DNA of 14,319 nucleotides from the IMG/VR virus record IMGVR_UViG_3300028048_000960, positions 1 to 14,319 of that record; one strand, 5' to 3'. The position numbers and the translations under genes are program-made. This DNA is from a virus. The notes beneath the pieces were generated by a model. The model made no database searches, was not told the DNA's origin, and saw nothing but the letters and a program-made list of their open reading frames with translations. The first letter of the stretch is position 1. Each line of letters starts with the position of its first letter. Shown in pieces: positions 8,253 to 14,319 of the stretch.

Positions 8253-8265
8253 ATAGAAAGTGAAA

Positions 8266-9897
8266 TTAAATAATGGCATTATCAAGATTATAATTCCCAA
8301 TATTTGCGTGATTATGCCAAATTGTTACACCTTTTCTACAAGCATTATTTATAATTTCCATATATTTTGTTGGCACTTCACCTGTTCCTATTTCTTCACT
8401 TCCGCCAATTTCAATATAATTCCAATATCTTCGACCATTTATATTCGGATTTTCCAATTTACATATTTTATATCCAAATCGTGTGAAATAATCATCGATA
8501 ATTTTTAAATATTCTGTTTTTGCTCTCATATGATGAAAACTAAAAAATGTAGAACGTGAAGCAAAATTGACATCACCTGAATTATTGCCCCCTGATATTG
8601 AAGGCAACATACTCGCTTCTCTAAATTGTCCGATTGTGTTTGCTGCTACGCCCGCAGTTGATATTAGTGCTCCAACACCTACCGCCGCTAGTGGTGTAGC
8701 TGCTCCGGCAGTTGCAACTGACAAACCTATACCCGTCGCAGCTATTAAAACAGATGTTGCAATATTAACACCGTTCTGTGTTAGCCAATTTGTGAAAGCG
8801 TCGCTACTCCATGAACAAGTAGGAAATTTTGCAAGTGGTATACTTTCATTGTAATTTTTATCAATATTTTTATAGCCTCTTGGAACTAATCTAATTGAAC
8901 CACCAATCGATACAGAACATTCAATATCAACGACAGGATTTTCTGCAATTTCATTATTAATATAAAAATCTTCATATTTATATATATTATAATTACCTAT
9001 ATTATTACTAATAATCATATAATTAATAGGATAAACAAAACATTTATTATTCTTCGGTGTATAATCACTAAAAGAATTAATTTTATTGAAATTATATGTT
9101 AATGTAATTGCTCTTGATGAAGAATTTAATAAGTAAAACTCATAATTGCCAAAAATTTGACCACTGGTCTGATAATGTGTTGTTCCTATTGCATCAACCA
9201 AAAATTTAGGGAGTATAAACATATTTTTTATACTTTCGATTTTATTTTTTTCGTTGACATTTCCTAAAAAATTATTTATGTCTGGTAAACCTACATTACC
9301 CTCATAAGCTGGAAATAAGAAATACCAACTACCAGTTAAAGAACCATTTATCTTTGTAACTCCCACATAATCTTTATCAGTTATAGGATTATAAGTACCT
9401 TCTATTACATAATAAAATTGGTTCCTATCTTCTTCGCTATCAATAATAGGAAATGATTCGAAACTTTCTTCTATTACATCTCCTATATCTAAATTTTCGG
9501 GAACTGTGTGTAAACCGACTGTGTCATCTGTTACGTGTTGTCTATTAATAAAACATTTTTTTGGTATCCATTTATCAAACCACGTCGACCACGCGTCAAT
9601 TGTGAATTTTATTTCGCAATTCTTATCACTTTTGTAAATGACATCATCAATCCAAGCAAAAAACCATTTGTTTGAATAGTCTGGATTTTGGAAAGCAATG
9701 TAATTCGCTTGAATACATTGTGCATAAGTAAACCCGACAAAAATTGTTCCCGTAGTTCTTAAAAATGAATAATTATCAGCACTTGCAATTGCATTTGCAC
9801 GACACAATGCAAGCATTTGACTTTCGGAATAATTCAATACATTTGTGTATTGTTTGTCAACATTTATATTTCGACATAATATAATTTGACTATTCAT
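8266..9897 (-). CDS. Tail knob / distal tube protein (phi29 gp9-like)
   Basis: 543 aa; 'NYSESQMLALCRANAIASADNYSFLRTTGTIFVGFTYAQC...NYIAFQNPDYSNKWFFAWIDDVIYKSDKNCEIKFTIDAWSTWFDKW' and location. Confidence 0.8.
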   Translation of the reverse strand: MNSQIILCRNINVDKQYTNVLNYSESQMLALCRANAIASADNYSFLRTTGTIFVGFTYAQCIQANYIAFQNPDYSNKWFFAWIDDVIYKSDKNCEIKFTIDAWSTWFDKWIPKKCFINRQHVTDDTVGLHTVPENLDIGDVIEESFESFPIIDSEEDRNQFYYVIEGTYNPITDKDYVGVTKINGSLTGSWYFLFPAYEGNVGLPDINNFLGNVNEKNKIESIKNMFILPKFLVDAIGTTHYQTSGQIFGNYEFYLLNSSSRAITLTYNFNKINSFSDYTPKNNKCFVYPINYMIISNNIGNYNIYKYEDFYINNEIAENPVVDIECSVSIGGSIRLVPRGYKNIDKNYNESIPLAKFPTCSWSSDAFTNWLTQNGVNIATSVLIAATGIGLSVATAGAATPLAAVGVGALISTAGVAANTIGQFREASMLPSISGGNNSGDVNFASRSTFFSFHHMRAKTEYLKIIDDYFTRFGYKICKLENPNINGRRYWNYIEIGGSEEIGTGEVPTKYMEIINNACRKGVTIWHNHANIGNYNLDNAII

Positions 9898-9900
9898 ATT

Positions 9901-10989
9901 TTACCTCCTAATCTGAAAATCTATAACTTGTTTGAAATCTGTTCCACACAAATCGTTTGCATAGAATATTTTGTTTTCTTTGAATGTCATAAACAAGTTA
10001 CGCAATTTCTCGTTTTTTATTGAAATGTTATAAATATCACGTTGCCAATATCTACTAACTTTTATAACATCTGAAAATACAATCATTTTATGATTAAATT
10101 CTTTATAATATGGACGTATAAACCAACACGCGTCCTTTTTCAAATCTTTGTCCATTAAATATTCGCACAAAAATTTGAAACCTTGATATTGAAATCCAAA
10201 ACGATATAAACAATCGTAATTGTTATATGATTTTGGCAAATGGGGTTGCGGTGCTGTTTCCCACGCCCCTGTATTAATCATATTTGCGTTTGTTCCTATT
10301 GTTCCCGAACTAACACCCGTTGACTTGCAATATTCTATCGCAATTTTTATAACTTCATCGTCTGCCCCTTTTATTTCAATTGTTTTGATTGTTCCTTGCT
10401 TTTGTGAACTTATTATATTATGCAAGCCCCAATCATTTATATATGGGCATACTCTTGAAATTGTATTTCCAACAAGCCATAATCTTGTTATTAGACGTTT
10501 TCTGTCAACTGTTGCATAAAAATTCATAAGTTTATTGCTTTCGTTTGCAATATAAACACTACGCGACATAAATTCTTCAAAAATTATATCTTCAACGTCC
10601 AAATATGACGCGCCCGCGTAATTTTGTTCGGTTGATAATGCGACAACATATCCAATCTTTTCGAAACGTTTTGTTTTTCCTGTTTCGCTGTCATATTGTG
10701 ACAAATATAATAACTTCCTATATAATGTTATACAATTATATTTTCCATTTGTCAACTTTGAAACGTCAACGTCTTGAAAATATTGTTCTATTTTTTCGCT
10801 TGAAATTTCCTCTTTCCAACGCCTCATTAATATGAAACGTTTTCCCGTTTTCAAATATTTTTCAACCGCTTTTTTGTGTTTTACTTGATAACTTTTACCG
10901 TTGGAACGTTCCCCATATATCAAATTGAATCTTGCACCGCACGCGTCTATATTATCCAAATTATAATGAATCATTTTTTTGTTGCTCAT
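9901..10989 (-). CDS. DNA encapsidation ATPase (phi29 gp16-like)
   Basis: 362 aa; P-loop-like 'FNLIYGERSNGKSYQVKHKAV', Walker B-like 'DVEDIIFEEF'. Confidence 0.85.
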   Translation of the reverse strand: MSNKKMIHYNLDNIDACGARFNLIYGERSNGKSYQVKHKKAVEKYLKTGKRFILMRRWKEEISSEKIEQYFQDVDVSKLTNGKYNCITLYRKLLYLSQYDSETGKTKRFEKIGYVVALSTEQNYAGASYLDVEDIIFEEFMSRSVYIANESNKLMNFYATVDRKRLITRLWLVGNTISRVCPYINDWGLHNIISSQKQGTIKTIEIKGADDEVIKIAIEYCKSTGVSSGTIGTNANMINTGAWETAPQPHLPKSYNNYDCLYRFGFQYQGFKFLCEYLMDKDLKKDACWFIRPYYKEFNHKMIVFSDVIKVSRYWQRDIYNISIKNEKLRNLFMTFKENKIFYANDLCGTDFKQVIDFQIRR

Positions 10990-11197
10990 TTTCTTTATTC
11001 TCCTTTATATATAGTTTTGCAATTTCCGACTCTATTTCTTCGCGAACTATTTTTGCATTTTTCTGTGTGCTTTTATTGTTTAATAGATTCGCCCTGTTTA
11101 TTTTATTTTTTTCACAAATTCCCGAAATTGATATTTTCGAAAATTTCTTGATATATTCCAAATCTTTCAATTTCTTTTCACTCCTTAAATCTTGCAC
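10961..11197 (-). CDS. Small protein, putative helix-turn-helix DNA-binding protein (up to 78 aa; start may be an internal TTG)
   Basis: 'FSKISISGICEKNKINRANLLNNKSTQKNAKIVREEIESEIAKLY' resembles an HTH. An AAGGAG lies inside the annotated start region, so a downstream TTG start is likely. Confidence 0.5.
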   Translation of the reverse strand: MQDLRSEKKLKDLEYIKKFSKISISGICEKNKINRANLLNNKSTQKNAKIVREEIESEIAKLYIKENKENEQQKNDSL

Positions 11198-13244
11198 GTT
11201 TGCTTGAATTATCCGAAATCAAATTCGAATACTCCAAGGCTTTTCCTAAAACATACGTTGTCGGAATAACACAACAACCGCACGTGTCTTTTATATTATA
11301 GCTATTTCCTTGATAGTCTGTCAAATTAAATTCCAATTGATTTTCACAATAAATTATTAAATTTTTATTTGTGTCTTCATATTTAAAAACAAAATTGTCC
11401 CTAAAATCGTCTAAACTTTTCAAAGCCTTTGCACCTTGTTTTGGAACACCTGCAACAGTTATTTCAATTTTGCCGTCAACTTCAACCGCATATTTTTTAG
11501 CACCTTGCGTAATAAATTTATCATATGTGTGTAATCTTCCTTTTTCCGTTTCACATTCAAAAAGTCCTAACATATGTTTTTCGCCGAATACGTCTGCGGG
11601 TGCAAATTTTTCAATTGGTATTTCTAATTTTTCCGAAACGTGTTTTATTTTATTTTCTACAAATTTATTATAATTTTCAATAACTTTTTTATTATATCCT
11701 TGTTTTAATTTCGCAGAGTCTGTGTCACAATATACAACAAATTCATCTAATTGAATGACATTTTTTAATAAATTACTTCTTGCAAATGCTGTAACCCAAA
11801 CACCATATGCAAAAGATAAAAATGATTTTTTCTTTTCATTTTCTAAAGACTCGATAATCTCTTCATTTGTTAGAGGTCGCTCGCTCCAACCGTTTTTATT
11901 ATCGAAAATAACTTCATCACGTATCATATTTGTAACACTCATTCCATATAATGCGTTAAATTTATTTTTTTCTTTGGCATATTCAACTTCTTTTCCTTCA
12001 ACATTTTTAAATTGTGTTTTATTTACATACTTTTCAAGTACAAATTCAATAAATTGTTTTGGTAAATAATCATATTTCGCATAATAATTTTCTATAATTT
12101 CATATTGACATTCATAAGTTTCAAGTATAAAATAAAAATCAACATCGGTCAACGTCATTTCGAAAGACTCTGCTTGTATAATTCTTCCATTATCATATCT
12201 ACCACCAACGATATTTTTACATTTACTTTGCGAAATAAAATTATTATAATATTTACATTTTACATTTGTGAATTTTACAACAAGCAAATATGCAAATCTT
12301 TTTGTCATTTGTTCAACCTTTTTTATATTACATTTTTTAAATTCTGATGATGGAAATTGGTGTGTTACTAAAATGTAAGGATAACTTGACGTAAAATCGT
12401 AACTGTCTATATTTTCAATAATTTCATCGGTATAAATCCAATTTGCGTGAGTATATCCCCCCGCAAACGCGTCTTGTAATAAATTATAAATATGTGGGTC
12501 AGTATTTATCGCTTTTTTGACTTTATTTATATAATTCCAATCATTTAATACTTTATTTTTTAATTCTCTTCTTACGTGTCCCGTTGATGTCAACGGGATT
12601 TTATCAACTCTTTCGTATGTTTCAAGTTCTCTTTGTATATAATAATATATAACTAAACAATCATTTTCGCAATATTTTAATTCTTGCGAATTTAACTTTG
12701 TAATTGGCGTTCTTAATAATGAATAATCAAGGTCGCCAACTTGTTTTTCTACTGGTAAATTAAATATTTTCGGCAAATATTTCAATGCACAGTTTGACAT
12801 CATATATGTGCAACGTAATTCGATGTTATAATCTTCAAAAAAACATCTCATTACTTTATGTGATTTTCGTGCTAAAACGTCAGTAAAATTGAAAACACCT
12901 TTTAAAAATTGAAATTCAAATGATAAATTGTGAATAAAAACAATTTTCTTTTCGCAGTTATACATTTCTAATCTATCTAAAAATTTTTTAAATTCTTCCC
13001 AAGTTCTTCCATAATAAACAATGTTATTAATTGAAAACATCCAAATATACATACAACTGCGAAATTCTGCTCGTTCTTGTTCCTCTTTTGTCAACTTTTG
13101 ATAATCAATTCCCGCCACTTGTTTTCCATCTAATATTAAATATGACGTTGTTTCAATATCAAATGAATATATTGTATTATCAATTTTTTTTCTTTCTCCT
13201 ACAATATCCGCATAATGTCCTTTATATTCTGTATAATATACCAT
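11178..13244 (-). CDS. Protein-primed family B DNA polymerase (phi29 gp2-like)
   Basis: 688 aa; Exo I 'YSFDIETTSYL', motif B-like 'KNKFNALYGMSVTN', motif C 'YCDTDSAKL'. Confidence 0.95.
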   Translation of the reverse strand: MVYYTEYKGHYADIVGERKKIDNTIYSFDIETTSYLILDGKQVAGIDYQKLTKEEQERAEFRSCMYIWMFSINNIVYYGRTWEEFKKFLDRLEMYNCEKKIVFIHNLSFEFQFLKGVFNFTDVLARKSHKVMRCFFEDYNIELRCTYMMSNCALKYLPKIFNLPVEKQVGDLDYSLLRTPITKLNSQELKYCENDCLVIYYYIQRELETYERVDKIPLTSTGHVRRELKNKVLNDWNYINKVKKAINTDPHIYNLLQDAFAGGYTHANWIYTDEIIENIDSYDFTSSYPYILVTHQFPSSEFKKCNIKKVEQMTKRFAYLLVVKFTNVKCKYYNNFISQSKCKNIVGGRYDNGRIIQAESFEMTLTDVDFYFILETYECQYEIIENYYAKYDYLPKQFIEFVLEKYVNKTQFKNVEGKEVEYAKEKNKFNALYGMSVTNMIRDEVIFDNKNGWSERPLTNEEIIESLENEKKKSFLSFAYGVWVTAFARSNLLKNVIQLDEFVVYCDTDSAKLKQGYNKKVIENYNKFVENKIKHVSEKLEIPIEKFAPADVFGEKHMLGLFECETEKGRLHTYDKFITQGAKKYAVEVDGKIEITVAGVPKQGAKALKSLDDFRDNFVFKYEDTNKNLIIYCENQLEFNLTDYQGNSYNIKDTCGCCVIPTTYVLGKALEYSNLISDNSSKRARFKE

Positions 13245-13254
13245 TTTTAAATCC

Positions 13255-13839
13255 TTATTTTACATATTTTTCATATATCATAATTAATTTGTTACGCATA
13301 TCAACATCGTTTCCAAATTCGATATAATCTGAAATTCTTGAAATAAAACTTTCCTCGCTGTCACCTGCCTCTTTAGCATCTTCTATTAATGACAAAAAAC
13401 TTTTTGAATCTGGAATATATTTCATAATATCTCTTACATAATCATCGGTTAACATCTTATATAATGTCTCTGCTTCCTCGTATGTCAAATCTTCTTCCTC
13501 TGTTCCTAATGATTTTGCAAGCTGTTTTATTGTAGTTTTCTTGACTTGTTTTATTCCTCTTTTTGTTGATGTTTTCGAATTTAAAAATTGTTGCGTTGCT
13601 TTTATTGTAGCTTTCATTTGTGTTGTTGTCATTGATTTATTGACTTTTACACGCCCAGTTTTAGACCAAGCTTGCAACGGTTCTGTTGCAAGCTTATCTC
13701 TTAACTTTTTTGTTGCCCAAGTATCCTTGCCGAACTCTCTTTCAAGTCTTACGATTCTTTGATTCGCACGTTTTGAAAGTTTTTTCAATTCATTAAATAA
13801 TTGTTGTTGCTCTGAATTTAATTCAATTTTTTTGGGCAT
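13255..13839 (-). CDS. Probable terminal protein
   Basis: 194 aa, immediately upstream of the DNA polymerase; helical basic N-terminus 'ELKKLSKRANQRIVRLEREFGKDTWATKKLRDKL' as in picovirus terminal proteins. Confidence 0.6.
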   Translation of the reverse strand: MPKKIELNSEQQQLFNELKKLSKRANQRIVRLEREFGKDTWATKKLRDKLATEPLQAWSKTGRVKVNKSMTTTQMKATIKATQQFLNSKTSTKRGIKQVKKTTIKQLAKSLGTEEEDLTYEEAETLYKMLTDDYVRDIMKYIPDSKSFLSLIEDAKEAGDSEESFISRISDYIEFGNDVDMRNKLIMIYEKYVK

Positions 13840-13865
13840 TTTATTTCCTCTTTTCTACAAAAATT

Positions 13866-14282
13866 TTAGAATGGTAAATCATCGTTTGTTTCCTCATTCT
13901 TGTTTGTAGTTTCTTCTTTTTTGTTTGTTTTGTCATTTCCTAATACTGGTACTGCTTTGTATGTTTTACCTTTTTTTGTTTTTACTTCTGTCAATCTTAC
14001 GTTTTCAACTTCTCCGTAATAGTCTGATACGCTTTCGGCAAATATTTCACTTCCGCTTGAAATCAATCCGTATTCCTCTGTGTCAAAATAGTATATGTCA
14101 AAATTCTTTTCATCTGTTACAATGTTACATTTTGCATATCCTATTATTTTGACAACCATTCCCAAAACTTCTGCTAGTTTTATTGATGTAATATCGCCTT
14201 TCTTCGCCATTTTCTCAAATAATGCGTTGTCACAAGTTCCTTTCTTTTCTAATACTGTTACTTCATACTTTTTACTTCCCAT
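13866..14282 (-). CDS. Putative single-stranded-DNA-binding protein
   Basis: 138 aa; early-region position, acidic flexible tail ending 'NDDLPF' like the bacterial SSB C-terminal tip. Confidence 0.6.
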   Translation of the reverse strand: MGSKKYEVTVLEKKGTCDNALFEKMAKKGDITSIKLAEVLGMVVKIIGYAKCNIVTDEKNFDIYYFDTEEYGLISSGSEIFAESVSDYYGEVENVRLTEVKTKKGKTYKAVPVLGNDKTNKKEETTNKNEETNDDLPF

Positions 14283-14319
14283 TTTTTTATTCCTTCTTTC
14301 TTGCTATTAGGTCGCAACC

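Noticed and set aside
8260-8854. Rightward ORFs 8260..8508 and 8567..8854
   Set aside because: They lie antisense to the well-supported tail knob gene and look like shadow ORFs.
11371-12347. Rightward ORFs antisense to the polymerase
   Set aside because: Shadow ORFs opposite a clear family B DNA polymerase, with no recognisable domains.
1-14319. CRISPR arrays, transposons or phage-encoded tRNAs
   Set aside because: No regularly spaced repeats, transposase-like ORFs or convincing cloverleaf sequences were recognised by eye; a tRNAscan-SE/ARAGORN run would be needed to exclude an unusual tRNA-like decoder.

Overview
This 14.3 kb AT-rich window looks like a near-complete, phi29-like, protein-primed small podophage (Picovirinae-type). 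Rightward genes (+): small membrane/hypothetical ORFs, a glucosaminidase-type endolysin, a tail-associated lysozyme, a holin-like protein, an acidic scaffold-like protein, the major capsid protein, upper and lower collar proteins, and a beta-helix appendage/tail spike. Leftward genes (-): tail knob, encapsidation ATPase, a small putative HTH protein, protein-primed DNA polymerase, probable terminal protein, and an SSB-like protein ending in DDLPF. The two arms converge on a perfect hairpin terminator. Main finding: two essential-looking genes are interrupted by four +1 frameshifts, three in the tail lysozyme and one in the major capsid gene. In every case the zero-frame codon at the break is CGG. 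Skipping the C, so that the next codon read is GGA or GGG (Gly), restores the family-typical protein: ML[c]GNMQSES, NP[c]GRWQSD, ATS[c]GYNYSFEDF, and FEN[c]GAVFTSD leading into an Ig-like domain. My manual scan found no other in-frame CGG codon in any recognised gene of the window, although CGG is common out of frame. This suggests a CGG-directed +1 frameshift or CGGR four-base decoding system, possibly linked to an unassigned CGG codon in the host. Sequencing error remains the main alternative and can be tested directly.
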